Assembly: GCA_022562295.1 (NCBI GenBank)
Contig: JADFPO010000006.1
Location: 4,477 to 68,476, forward strand
Direction: 5' to 3'
DNA length: 64,000 bases
From: Gemmatimonadota bacterium
GTDB taxonomy: Bacteria; Gemmatimonadota; Gemmatimonadetes; Gemmatimonadales; GWC2-71-9
Positions 39,960-49,313 of this stretch are shown one piece after another. A program made the translations under genes and the position numbers. Every line of letters begins with the position of its first letter. The first letter of the stretch is position 1. The notes below the pieces were generated by a model, which saw only the letters and a program-made list of their open reading frames with translations, was not told where the DNA came from and did no database searches.

Positions 39960-40874
39960 CTACCGTTTCTCGAGGATGCCGTGCTCCGCGAGGAAGTCCA
40001 TGATCGCCGCATATGCGCGGGCTGATTGCTCCGCGCTGAACCCGCCGTGACCACCGCCGGGGATGGTCACGAGCTTGTTCGGCACGCCCGCCTCATCGAG
40101 AGCCTCCTGTAACCGGGTAGCGTGCGAATACGGTACTACGCCATCCGCATCGCCGTGAATCGTGATCGTGGGGGGTAATCCGCGCCGAATGTACGTGAGC
40201 GGTGACACCCGCTGGGCGATGGCCTCCCGATCGGGCATGCTGCCCAGCCACTCCACCGCATAACTCTTGGTGTTGGGCCCATCGATCAGATCGGCTACGT
40301 CGGTGATACCGTACCAATTGACGATGGCCGCCACGCTCACGTCGTCCAGGCCGACGCACTGCCGGTCGAGCCCCGCCGAGGCCGGTAGCATTCCGGTGGT
40401 CAGCGAAAGATGCCCGCCCGCCGAGTGACCCGTCACGATGATTCTGCTGGTGTCGATGTCGTAGTCTTCGGCGTTTTGGAGAACCCAACGCAACGCACAC
40501 CGCGTGTCTTCCACCGCAGCCGGTGCGAGAGAGACGCGCCCCAGCCGGTATTGCACGTTCACTGCGACAAACCCGTTCGCCAGATACGGCATCAGCCGAA
40601 ACGCAGCTCCTTCCTTGCTGCCGCCTACCCATCCACCACCATGAAAGTAGATCACCGTCGGTTGTGGGCCGTCGGCACCCAGCGGCCGGTAGATGTCGAG
40701 TTTGACCTGGAGGTTGTTGGCCGTGAGGTACGGAATATTGGAATAGATCCGATAGTGCCGCGAGAGATCGAGGGCCCATTGTGTGTGCTCGTCGAGCTGG
40801 GCGTGGGCGGGCAGCGCGACCGCGCAGAAGACAACGGTAAGCAGTCCGACGATTGGACTAGCGTGACGTCTCAT
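39960..40874 (-). CDS. secreted alpha/beta hydrolase (esterase/lipase, Abhydrolase_3-like)
   Basis: Signal peptide MRRHASPIVGLLTVVFCAVALPAHA, oxyanion motif FHGGGW and nucleophile elbow GHSAGG. The track ORF extends to an upstream ATG at 40925. Confidence 0.8.
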   Translation of the reverse strand: MRRHASPIVGLLTVVFCAVALPAHAQLDEHTQWALDLSRHYRIYSNIPYLTANNLQVKLDIYRPLGADGPQPTVIYFHGGGWVGGSKEGAAFRLMPYLANGFVAVNVQYRLGRVSLAPAAVEDTRCALRWVLQNAEDYDIDTSRIIVTGHSAGGHLSLTTGMLPASAGLDRQCVGLDDVSVAAIVNWYGITDVADLIDGPNTKSYAVEWLGSMPDREAIAQRVSPLTYIRRGLPPTITIHGDADGVVPYSHATRLQEALDEAGVPNKLVTIPGGGHGGFSAEQSARAYAAIMDFLAEHGILEKR

Positions 40875-40925
40875 GAATTCCTCTCTACAGTGTGGTTCGC
40901 CCAGATGATATCTCGCGTCCGTCAT

Positions 40926-40995
40926 AGGACGATCGAAGACGATCGAGGACGGGGTCGATTCAAGGTCGTCCTGGGTCGTCCCGGTTCGTCTTCAT
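40926..40995. repeat. imperfect ~10-bp periodic / inverted-repeat element related to the sequence upstream of the kinase stubs
   Basis: GACGATCGAAGACGATCGAGGACGGGGTCGATTCAAGGTCGTCCTGGGTCGTCCCGGTTCGTCTTC. It shares the cores GACGATCGAAGACG and GGTCGAYTCRAGGTCGTCC with 42251-42284. Confidence 0.6.
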
Positions 40996-41157
40996 CTCCC
41001 CACCCTCGCCTTCAACTCCTCGAACCAATTCACCACGACCCGTACCGGGATGATTGGATGCCAACTTCAGTTTCCGCGGTGGATGGTCTCCCAACGGCCA
41101 CGACCGACCGACCGTCCGGGATGCGGCATTTGTGACACGGCCTCAGCTGATTGCTGA

Positions 41158-41241
41158 TTACCAGGCCACGTGGCCGAGGTGGCGCTCGATCTTGTAGTGG
41201 TCGGCGAGGGCCGTCGAGAGTTTCCCCGTGATCTCAGACAT
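41158..41241 (-). pseudogene. truncated 5' stub of a Ser/Thr protein kinase gene (copy 1)
   Basis: Minus-strand translation gives MSEITGKLSTALADHYKIERHLG|HVAW*. It matches the kinase N-terminal leader up to the Gly-rich loop and then terminates. Confidence 0.55.
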
Positions 41242-41346
41242 GGATCAAGAGACGGTCGAATACGCTCTGCTGATTGCAGATCGGGACAGCCACTAAATCG
41301 CCAATCTGCCATCGTCCATCCGCAAGCTGAAATTATCACATCCAAA

Positions 41347-41381
41347 CGCTCGTAGCTTGCGGTCGGTAGCTCGTAGCTCAA
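41347..41381. repeat. heptanucleotide tandem array (5 units, RGCTCRT on the + strand)
   Basis: CGCTCGT AGCTTGC GGTCGGT AGCTCGT AGCTCAA. Confidence 0.7.
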
Positions 41382-41420
41382 AAAACGCGGCTCGCCGCAT
41401 TCATGCGGTGGTGCCGAGCC
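41380..41420 (-). terminator. candidate Rho-independent terminator of the mntA-hepT operon
   Basis: The minus strand reads GGCTCGgcaccaCCGCAtgaaTGCGGCGAGCCgcgTTTTTT. It begins 34 nt after the hepT stop. Confidence 0.55.
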
Positions 41421-41453
41421 GGCGTTCAGCGCACGGATACGAAGACAAGGCGG

Positions 41454-41801
41454 CTATAACTCGCGTGCCTCAAGCTGGTCCAATATTTCGTTCACTTGCT
41501 GCTTCAAAATAGGTAGGTCTCGTTCGACGACCTGCCACACAATATCGAGGTTCACACCAAAGTACTCGTGGATCAACTTGTCTCGCATACCCGCAAGACG
41601 GCGCCAAGAAACGTTCTCGTGCGTTTGGCGCAATTCACCCGACACATTCTTGGCTGCTTCGCCCAGAATCTCAAGATTGCGAACGACCGCGTCCTGAGTC
41701 TTCGTGTCACCGAGGAAATGACTTCTTCCCATTGCCGTGTAATCGATGATCCGGTCGATGGCATCCCGCAGATGAGCGAGATACACTCGGTCGTCTTTCA
41801 A
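41454..41801 (-). CDS. hepT: HepT-like (DUF86, HEPN) ribonuclease toxin
   Basis: 115 aa with the Rx4HxY motif (RDKLIHEY). There is an ATGA overlap with mntA. Local GC looks lower by eye. Confidence 0.85.
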   Translation of the reverse strand: MKDDRVYLAHLRDAIDRIIDYTAMGRSHFLGDTKTQDAVVRNLEILGEAAKNVSGELRQTHENVSWRRLAGMRDKLIHEYFGVNLDIVWQVVERDLPILKQQVNEILDQLEAREL

Positions 41802-42088
41802 AGGGGGACGGCCTCAGCAAGGATTTTGTCCCGGAGGTAAGGACTCATGCCCCCTTCCGAAATGACGTCCACACTTTGGCCAAGCAGGTCTTCCAGATCT
41901 TGCCAAAGTCCCACTAGGTCGAGCAGACTACGGTCCGCTTCCATATCGACAAGGAAGTCGACATCGCTTCCCGGTGTAGCATCTTCCCGCGCCATCGATC
42001 CGAACACTCTGACGTTCGCTGCCCCGTGCTGGGCGGCGAGCTGCAAAATGGCTTCACGATTCTCGGAAAGTAGTCCAACGAACTCCAT
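41798..42088 (-). CDS. mntA: MntA-type minimal nucleotidyltransferase antitoxin
   Basis: 96 aa with FGSMAREDATPGSDVDFLV (GSx10DxD pol-beta NTase motif). AGGA lies 7 nt upstream of the ATG. Confidence 0.85.
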   Translation of the reverse strand: MEFVGLLSENREAILQLAAQHGAANVRVFGSMAREDATPGSDVDFLVDMEADRSLLDLVGLWQDLEDLLGQSVDVISEGGMSPYLRDKILAEAVPL

Positions 42089-42103
42089 CAGTATCCTCTG
42101 AAG

Positions 42104-42241
42104 TTACTCTCTAGTAAATATAGACTTTGAAAGATGGCTAAGCGAGGGGAGCCCTGAGAACGCCATGCCACCTTTGCCGAGGTGACGCTCGATCCGGTAG
42201 CGGTCGGCGAGGGCGATGAGTTTCCCCGTGATTTTAGACAT
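42104..42241 (-). pseudogene. truncated 5' stub of a Ser/Thr protein kinase gene (copy 2)
   Basis: Minus-strand translation gives MSKITGKLIALADRYRIERHLGKGGMA|FSGLPSLSHLSKSIFTRE*. Kinase similarity ends inside the Gly-rich loop at about 42161, and the rest runs into the TA promoter region. Confidence 0.6.
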
Positions 42242-42559
42242 GGATTACGAGACGATCGAAGACGCGGTCGACTCGAGGTCGTCCTTGACGAGGGCCATCG
42301 GGGAGCCGGGCGGTCATTTCGCACCTGGGGCTAAGATGGGCCGTCTACGAGGGTTTCGCGAGTAAGGCCGCGGTGGACCACGGACCGAGTGCTGAATCTC
42401 GCGGATTGTCGATCTGGCAGACGACGATGGAGTTCGCAGGCCAACGCGGCAATGCATTGAGAGCGTTCGATTCGCGTACATCCCCAATTCGTCCGCGTTC
42501 ATCAGCAGCTATCCTTGACTTCGCTCGCGGTGGCACCGAGTTGGGTATAGGTTGAGTCC

Positions 42560-43492
42560 ATGCGCTCACATGCTTTGCGCGTGGCCGTGGCACTCCCGTT
42601 TCTCACGAGCTGTTGGGACCAACCTTGGCCCCGCCCCGCTGCCGTGCCGTTCGAGCAGTTCGCCGTCGAGCACCAGGAATGGCGCGATGGGCGCCGCTCA
42701 CGCCTAGTGGCTTCGGGGTCAGGCCCGGTACTCTGGATCGGCCTTTGGGAGCTGCAGCAAGGCGCCACCGCACTCGGCGCGGATTCCACGCTCCCCATCG
42801 TGTTGCCGGCCTCCGATTCCCCCCGCTTGGTCGGAACGCTTCACAGATCGGGACAAGAGGTCCGGTTCGAAACCGCTCCGGGCGGGGGCGCCACGGTGCT
42901 ACTGGCAGACAGCACACCGGTTGATGGATCGTTGACATTGCACAGCGACCGGACGGATTCCGTCACGGTTTTGGTTCTGGGGTCGCTGCGTCTTCGTCTG
43001 CACGGTGAGCGGGGCACCGACCGGCTCTGGCTCCGCGTATGGGATGAGGAACTTCCGGCGCGGGAGACGTTCACACTACCGGACGAGTTTCCGCTGGACA
43101 CCAACTGGTGGGTGGCGGCTCGGTTCCGGGAGTATGCGGAGCCACGCGACTTTCGCGTGGTGGACGTCGTCGGAGGCCCGCAGGAGTTCTCTTCGCCGGG
43201 AGAGCTGATCTTTCGCGTCGGCCAGCAAGAGCACCGCCTTGTGGCTTTCGCCAGCTCGACCAGCACCGATTTCTTCGTGATATTCAGGGACTCCACGGCC
43301 GCTACGACTACTTACGAGTTGGGTCGGTATCTCCACGTGCCCTTCGCAGATGAGGACGGCTGGACTGCAATCGATTTCAACAGAGCGTACAACCCACCCT
43401 GTGTCTTCACCGCCTACTCGACGTGCGCTCTTCCACCGCCCGAGAACCGCCTCGCGCTTGCCGTTCAGGCTGGAGAGAAGCGGGGGCATTGA
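42560..43492 (+). CDS. DUF1684 domain lipoprotein
   Basis: Lipobox MRSHALRVAVALPFLTSC. The C-terminal signature is YELGRYLHVPF...IDFNRAYNPPCVFTAYSTCALPPPENRL. Confidence 0.8.
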   Translation: MRSHALRVAVALPFLTSCWDQPWPRPAAVPFEQFAVEHQEWRDGRRSRLVASGSGPVLWIGLWELQQGATALGADSTLPIVLPASDSPRLVGTLHRSGQEVRFETAPGGGATVLLADSTPVDGSLTLHSDRTDSVTVLVLGSLRLRLHGERGTDRLWLRVWDEELPARETFTLPDEFPLDTNWWVAARFREYAEPRDFRVVDVVGGPQEFSSPGELIFRVGQQEHRLVAFASSTSTDFFVIFRDSTAATTTYELGRYLHVPFADEDGWTAIDFNRAYNPPCVFTAYSTCALPPPENRLALAVQAGEKRGH

Positions 43493-43606
43493 GCGAGCCC
43501 TCTAACAGGAACCGCGCCCGCGCCGCTTCCGGCGGAGCTCGCGGAGCGGCCAAACCGTTCTGAATCAGACCCGGGCTAGCAACCCTGACCGGGTACACCG
43601 GAGGCA

Positions 43607-45025
43607 ATGATGATGAGTGCAACGTCAGTTCGGCGAAGTGCCCTTGCGGGAGCAAGAGATCTTGGAGCCTCGCTCGCGATGTTGGCTATCGCATCCGTCG
43701 TCGGGCTGACCGTTTCGGCCGATGAGGTCGCGGGGCAGGCGACCTTCACCGAGGAGGGTGGTACGCTGCCCGACGGAACGGTCTACTTGATGCGGGTTCC
43801 ATCCAACTGGAACAACACGCTCATCAGGGATCTGGATTATGCCTCCCGCGCCGGCGCAGATCGCTACCTACACATGCTCGAACAGGGTTATGCCGTGGCG
43901 GGCACGCGCCGGCATCGGCTCCGAACATTCCAATACGACCCCGCGCGGGAGATTGCGAATCTCGATACAGTGCTTGACAAATTCCAAGCGCGATTCGGTG
44001 AGCCGACCCGCGTCATCCAGTATGGATGTTCTGGCGGGGGCCACGTGTCGCTCGCCGTGGCGGAGAGTTTCTCCGACCGAGTTGACGGTGTGATCGCTCT
44101 GGCCGCACATACTCCCGTGTGGCTCATGAACACGTTCTTGGACGGATGGTTTTCCCTCAAGGCGCTGATCGCTCCCGACCTGGCGATCGTGGACATACCC
44201 GTCGATCAGTCCGGTGGCAGGAGCCACGGCCTAGAGGGCCCACTCACTGTCGCGTGGACGCGAGCCATAAACGCGGCACAACAGACCCGCGAGGGTCGTG
44301 CGCGTATTGCGCTGGCCTTTACGATCGGACAGTGGCCGGCTTGGGTGAACCGACTAACACCGCAGCCGAGTCTGGACGACGTCGTTGCGCTTCAGCACAG
44401 CATGTATCACACCGTCCTCCAGAACACTCGAAGCCCCGGTGGAGAAGCGCGAATCTTGTTCGAGAGTGCGGCAAACGGGCAACAGTTGTCGTGGAACACC
44501 GGCCTGGACTACGGCGAGTTGTTCGAGAACGGCAACGAGTTCTTCAAGCGGGCGGTTTACGAGCTATACCAGGAGGCTGGAGTCGATCTCGAGGCGGATA
44601 TCGCGCGAATCAACACGTTTCCCCGTATTGAGGCGGCTCCCCACGCTCTGAATTACTGGAAAGCGCCGGGGCGCAACGTGACGGGCGATCCGAAGGTACC
44701 GCTTCTTCGCATGCACGAGATCGGCGATTATCAGGTTCCCGTCAGCCTGGTCCAGGGCTATGACGATCAGATCCGTGCCAACGGTAAAGGGGATCTGTAC
44801 CGCACCGCATTTGTGGATGCGCCCGGGCACTGCGGATTCACCGCCGCGGAGAGCGCGGCTGCGATTGAGACCATGATGCGTCGGTTGGACACCGGCGAAT
44901 GGGGGAGCACCGACCCGGAGCAGCTCAATGATCTGGCAGCGTCGTTGGACGACAGCCCCGCGCGCTTCGTCCACCTCGGTGACTACGCGCAGGCCAAGTA
45001 CAACCGCGTGTGGGTGCCGAAGTAG
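43607..45025 (+). CDS. secreted alpha/beta hydrolase with a tannase/feruloyl-esterase-like CS-D-HC signature (putative)
   Basis: Signal peptide, nucleophile elbow GCSGGG, and a C-terminal PGHCGF. A Cys next to the Ser and a Cys next to the His are the hallmark of the tannase/MHETase family. Assigned by motif only. Confidence 0.5.
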   Translation: MMMSATSVRRSALAGARDLGASLAMLAIASVVGLTVSADEVAGQATFTEEGGTLPDGTVYLMRVPSNWNNTLIRDLDYASRAGADRYLHMLEQGYAVAGTRRHRLRTFQYDPAREIANLDTVLDKFQARFGEPTRVIQYGCSGGGHVSLAVAESFSDRVDGVIALAAHTPVWLMNTFLDGWFSLKALIAPDLAIVDIPVDQSGGRSHGLEGPLTVAWTRAINAAQQTREGRARIALAFTIGQWPAWVNRLTPQPSLDDVVALQHSMYHTVLQNTRSPGGEARILFESAANGQQLSWNTGLDYGELFENGNEFFKRAVYELYQEAGVDLEADIARINTFPRIEAAPHALNYWKAPGRNVTGDPKVPLLRMHEIGDYQVPVSLVQGYDDQIRANGKGDLYRTAFVDAPGHCGFTAAESAAAIETMMRRLDTGEWGSTDPEQLNDLAASLDDSPARFVHLGDYAQAKYNRVWVPK

Positions 45026-45055
45026 TCGAGCGGAGGGCGGTCAAGGACGGACGTC

Positions 45056-46237
45056 CTAGTCTTCCTCGACCGTAACTTCGTGGTGCTCCCCAACCCGAGG
45101 CGCCCGTCTGACCGCCAGCCGCTCACCGTCTACGATGGCAAAGCCACCTGGGACGGTGCCTTCCCGCTCGGTATCGAGGGAAATCTTCCGCCAGAAGTCG
45201 CGCGCCTGCAGCTGGGGATCCGCGAGAAGGTCTGCGACTGTTGAGACCGGGTACCCGAGCATACCTCGGGACGTTACTCCGTCGTAGAACTCTCGCTTGG
45301 TGAGTGTCGCGAGAAACTCGCCGATCGGTCGCTCGAGGCGGTCGACGTCATCCTGGGTGAGCGGTGGCACCTGAAAGTTTTCCCAGTCCATCCGTAGCAG
45401 AGACTCGGGCGCCATGCCCGCCTCGTGCATCCAGCTCACCAACTGGCGATTGGTCTCGCGGCCGGCCGCGCCTCCGTACACGATGAAATTGATCCAGCCG
45501 TCGCGACACGGCCACAGCGCCCGCATGCGCGCACCCGTGAGAGTGCGGCCGGTGACGAACGTCCCGGCACGCCCCGGGTTCTCACGATTCAAGTCCCAGA
45601 ACGCGGGAGCGTGAGAGACCGCAGCCATCACCGCAACCTGGGCGGACACGTCCACGTGCTGTCCCCGCCCGGTCACGGCGCGCGCGGCGAGTGCCGAGAG
45701 CGCACCCATCGCCGCTTCGAGCCCCGCAAACATCGGTGATTGTGGCACGCTCACCCGCATGGGTTCCCCGTCGGCTTCACCCGCCAGCGACATGGCACCG
45801 CTCAACGCCATGATTTCTAGATCGGAGGCGCGGAAGTCCCGGTATGGACCGTCCTGTCCGAATGGAGTAACCGACACCATGATCAATCCCGGATTGAACC
45901 GGCTCAAATCGACGTATCCAAGTCCCCATTTCTCGAGGGTGCCGGGCGCGTAGCTCTCGAGCACGAAGTCGGCTTTGGCCGCAAGCCGCCGGAACAGTGC
46001 CTGGCCTCGTGCCTGCGACACATCGATCACCACGCTCTTCTTGTTTGCGTTGCCCGTCAACCAAAACACGCTTTGGGGACCGACCGCCGTCTCTACCGTT
46101 GGCGGCGTGCGACGCGCGGGATCGCCTCCGGGCGGTTCGATCTTGACGACGTCCGCACCGAGGTCGGCTAGAACTCGGCCCGCCATGAACCCGAGCGGCC
46201 CCGTGAGGTCGAGTACCCGGTAAGGGGCGAGGAGCAC
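45056..46237 (-). CDS. family III CoA-transferase (CaiB/BaiF type)
   Basis: 393 aa reading YRVLDLTGPLGFMAGRVLADLGADVVKIEPPGGDP. Confidence 0.85.
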   Translation of the reverse strand: MLLAPYRVLDLTGPLGFMAGRVLADLGADVVKIEPPGGDPARRTPPTVETAVGPQSVFWLTGNANKKSVVIDVSQARGQALFRRLAAKADFVLESYAPGTLEKWGLGYVDLSRFNPGLIMVSVTPFGQDGPYRDFRASDLEIMALSGAMSLAGEADGEPMRVSVPQSPMFAGLEAAMGALSALAARAVTGRGQHVDVSAQVAVMAAVSHAPAFWDLNRENPGRAGTFVTGRTLTGARMRALWPCRDGWINFIVYGGAAGRETNRQLVSWMHEAGMAPESLLRMDWENFQVPPLTQDDVDRLERPIGEFLATLTKREFYDGVTSRGMLGYPVSTVADLLADPQLQARDFWRKISLDTEREGTVPGGFAIVDGERLAVRRAPRVGEHHEVTVEED

Positions 46238-46243
46238 GTAACT

Positions 46244-47821
46244 TCAGCGTCCCGTCCGCGCGAGCACTTCAACCCAACCGCGCATGCGCTGCTTGGCCCG
46301 GGCTATTTCGTCGTCGGAAAAGAACTTGCGAGGATCGACGCGGTCCACCGGGTAGACGGGACGGTGAAAGTCTTGTTCGTAACCGTAGGGGACAGTCGCG
46401 TCGATTCCCATGCCGCCTTCGAAACGCGTGTTCGACGCCGTCCACGGTTTGTCGCCCGCGCTCATCCGCTCCTCGGGCTGGAAGGTCTGGCCCACTCCCC
46501 CGGGGAGAGGATTCAGGATGTCGGTGTGGGGATTCACTCGCGTCGTGAGACACCACATGATGTCATCCATGCTGTAGATGTCCACGTCCTCGCTGACGGC
46601 GATCGCCAGCCGCATCCCCTGATTGCATGCGAGGGTCGCGGCCAGGAAGTTTCGTTGCCAACCTTCTTCGATCCGATTCCGTTTCTTCACCTGAATGATG
46701 CAGCCGCCCCAATCGGTCATGCAGAACGGGATGTTGACGTCCTGAACGATTCCGGGTTGCAGCCGTTCACACAGCTCGAGGATGGCCGACTCGCGCAACG
46801 TCGTGTCGATGTTGTTGCAGTCGGCCATGTGGACGCCGAGTAGATACACGAGTGGTTTCGTTTCGCGTTTCCGCATAGTGATGCCGGTGACGTGGAACGT
46901 CGGCGCCTTGTATGCCTTACCCATGTAACCGGCCCACTCCGGATGGAAGAAATATTTCCCCTGAATGTCGGCCTCCTCGGCCTCTTTCGTTTCATAACGC
47001 TTGTCGCGCGGGTGGAGGTATCCTTCCAGCACGTACTCCGACTCGGCGATGGCGTACGCGTCGACAGTTCGCGCTTTCACGATCGAAACCGGCGATCCCT
47101 GCATGGCCCCAGCGACTCCGATCTCATCACAACCCTTGGGCAGCACGACGTAGTCGAACCCGCCACCGGCAACCATGGTGCAGGCGGGCGGCACGCCGAA
47201 GCACATGGTTAGCGGGATCGGTTGGTCGTCGCGGTAGTGCGCTGTGATGATCTGCCACATGTGCGATCCCGGGGACGCCTGCAACGTCCCCACGTTGCCC
47301 CAGCGGAAGTTCATGCGGTTGTAGCCAATGTGACTCCCTCCCCAAAAGTACGGACCCACCACGCAACTGATCCCGCTGCCGATGGTGAGTTCGGTCTCGA
47401 GTTCTGTGTGTCTGATTGCGGTGATGTACTTGTTGACATCCAGGTCATCCGTGATCACTTCCTCCTGGCAGGGTGCATCGCTTTGCGCGACCTCTACGGG
47501 CTTTATCGGGTTCACCATGGAGTGCGCGATCTTTCGGGTCCGATCCTGCGCGTCGATGAAGCCGAACAGCTTGTCGATGACCGCAAAGTCGGCGAGCAGG
47601 TTCGTGACGGCGCGGACATTCGGTCGCCCCTTCACGTTGTTGAACAGGATCACGGGACCGCCGTCGAGATGCTTTTGGATTCCGGTAATCTCGAGGTCAG
47701 GATCGACCTCGACGTCGGTGGACAAGACGTCGCCCTGGGACGCGAGCCAGGCGAGCGCCGCGCGCAACGAAGTGATGTCCCGGTCGGTGTCGGTCGTTGG
47801 CGTCGTCGCGGTGGTGGCCAT
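46244..47821 (-). CDS. UbiD-family (prFMN-dependent) decarboxylase
   Basis: 525 aa with a UbiD-like N-terminus (LRAALAWLASQGDVLSTDVEVDPDLEITGIQKHLDGGPVILFNNVKG) and matching length. Confidence 0.85.
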   Translation of the reverse strand: MATTATTPTTDTDRDITSLRAALAWLASQGDVLSTDVEVDPDLEITGIQKHLDGGPVILFNNVKGRPNVRAVTNLLADFAVIDKLFGFIDAQDRTRKIAHSMVNPIKPVEVAQSDAPCQEEVITDDLDVNKYITAIRHTELETELTIGSGISCVVGPYFWGGSHIGYNRMNFRWGNVGTLQASPGSHMWQIITAHYRDDQPIPLTMCFGVPPACTMVAGGGFDYVVLPKGCDEIGVAGAMQGSPVSIVKARTVDAYAIAESEYVLEGYLHPRDKRYETKEAEEADIQGKYFFHPEWAGYMGKAYKAPTFHVTGITMRKRETKPLVYLLGVHMADCNNIDTTLRESAILELCERLQPGIVQDVNIPFCMTDWGGCIIQVKKRNRIEEGWQRNFLAATLACNQGMRLAIAVSEDVDIYSMDDIMWCLTTRVNPHTDILNPLPGGVGQTFQPEERMSAGDKPWTASNTRFEGGMGIDATVPYGYEQDFHRPVYPVDRVDPRKFFSDDEIARAKQRMRGWVEVLARTGR

Positions 47822-47894
47822 CTGTTGCTCCTTTAGGATTGACGTTACGGGGCTGGTGTCGTGCGCGGCAGCGGGAAGGGACGTCGCCGCCGGT

Positions 47895-49115
47895 TTACGA
47901 GAATGCCTCGGCTGCCTCTGCCTGCTTCAACTCCTGAGTGCTCACGCCGAGCCAATCGCGAAAAATGTGATCGTTGTGTTGGCCGAGGCATGGAGCGGGA
48001 CTCCGCACGCGCCCCGGGGAATCGTGCAGTTGATACGCAACCATTCGGTAGTGATGGCGGCCGATCTCCGGATGGACTTGTTCCTGCCAGATGTTTCGTG
48101 CCGCCAGTTGTGGGTCGGAGAACAAGTCGGCGATCGAGTTCACCACGGCTGCGTGAACACCCGCCCGCTGAAGCCGAAGCATCAACACAGTTCCATCTTC
48201 GCCGAGTACCTGTGCTGCGATGGCGTCGTTGAGATCGGACTCGTGTCGCCGTCGTTGGGAGGCAGTGCCGAAGCGCTGATCCGTTTGCCAATCGGGCCGG
48301 CTCACTGCGTCACAGAACCGCCCCCACTCGGCGTCGTCCCAGCAGCTGATCACGCACCACCTCTCGTCGCGCACGCGATAACATCCGTGCGGAATGGCGA
48401 GCGTGTCGTGATTGCCGCAGCGTTGCTCCACGCCTCCGTTCACGGCGTGGTCGAGTACCGTCCCACCGAGGAACTGCAATCCGGTCTCGTATTGTGAGAG
48501 ATCGATGAACGCGCCTTGGTTCGTGCGCCGCTGCCGATCGAGTGCGGCGAGAACCGCAGCCCCGCCGAACACCACGGCTACGAAGTCGATGTACGGTCCG
48601 TACAGCAGTTGTGGCGGACCATCGGTCGTTCCCGTAAGGTGCGTGAACCCGCACAGCGACGATAGTTGCGAACCGAAACCCGGATGCGTGGCATACCGAC
48701 CGGTCTGCCCCAGGTTGCTGGTGCTGAGCATGACGAGCGAGGGGTTTACCCGACGCAGTCGATCATAACCCAGTCCGAGTCTGTCGATGACACCGGGCCG
48801 CATGTTTTCGATCACGATCTGAGCCTTCTCAACCAGCCGGCAGGCGAGAGCGACACCGGCCGGGTTCTTGAGATTCAAGGTCACGCCGAATTTCGAGTCG
48901 TTGAAGATAGCGAAACACCCAGATCGGTTGACGCCTACCCGATCAGACGGGTACGGCGGATATTGCAACCGGAACCCGTCCGGCCGCGTTTGGGATTCGA
49001 CGTGGATCACCCGCGCGCCGAAGTTGGCGAGATATTTCCCAATCGCCGGTCCCGCCGCGTAACCGCCGAACTCGACAACGGTGACCCCCCCAAGCGCGTC
49101 CATCCCGTCCGCCAT
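47895..49115 (-). CDS. family III CoA-transferase (second paralogue)
   Basis: 406 aa reading VTVVEFGGYAAGPAIGKYLANFGARVIHVES. Confidence 0.85.
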   Translation of the reverse strand: MADGMDALGGVTVVEFGGYAAGPAIGKYLANFGARVIHVESQTRPDGFRLQYPPYPSDRVGVNRSGCFAIFNDSKFGVTLNLKNPAGVALACRLVEKAQIVIENMRPGVIDRLGLGYDRLRRVNPSLVMLSTSNLGQTGRYATHPGFGSQLSSLCGFTHLTGTTDGPPQLLYGPYIDFVAVVFGGAAVLAALDRQRRTNQGAFIDLSQYETGLQFLGGTVLDHAVNGGVEQRCGNHDTLAIPHGCYRVRDERWCVISCWDDAEWGRFCDAVSRPDWQTDQRFGTASQRRRHESDLNDAIAAQVLGEDGTVLMLRLQRAGVHAAVVNSIADLFSDPQLAARNIWQEQVHPEIGRHHYRMVAYQLHDSPGRVRSPAPCLGQHNDHIFRDWLGVSTQELKQAEAAEAFS

Positions 49116-49121
49116 GTCCCC

Positions 49122-49313
49122 CTAATCCGCCAATGGCCCGGCCGTTGGTGCTACCTCGTCCGCTGCTGCCTCCGTGCTCACCCCACCCGCGGCCATCCGG
49201 CCGTTCCATCGAGGCATGAGGACCGGGTGGATCCCCAACCGGTTCGACACGCGTCCAACGGTGTTGCCCACGAGATGCTCGATTACGAGCTTGCGACCTT
49301 CCTTGAGCGTCAC
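49122..49313 (-). CDS. small hypothetical protein (63 aa)
   Basis: A GTG at 49311-49313 overlaps the upstream stop (GTGA), which is the coupling pattern seen throughout this window. It ends 6 nt before the CoA-transferase ATG. I do not recognise a family. Confidence 0.35.
   Translation of the reverse strand: MTLKEGRKLVIEHLVGNTVGRVSNRLGIHPVLMPRWNGRMAAGGVSTEAAADEVAPTAGPLAD

Noticed and set aside
42500-42559. A TTGACT hexamer upstream of the DUF1684 gene as its -35 element.
   Set aside because: The best -10-like hexamer (TATAGG) lies 25 nt away, which is too long a spacer for a sigma70 promoter, so no promoter was called.
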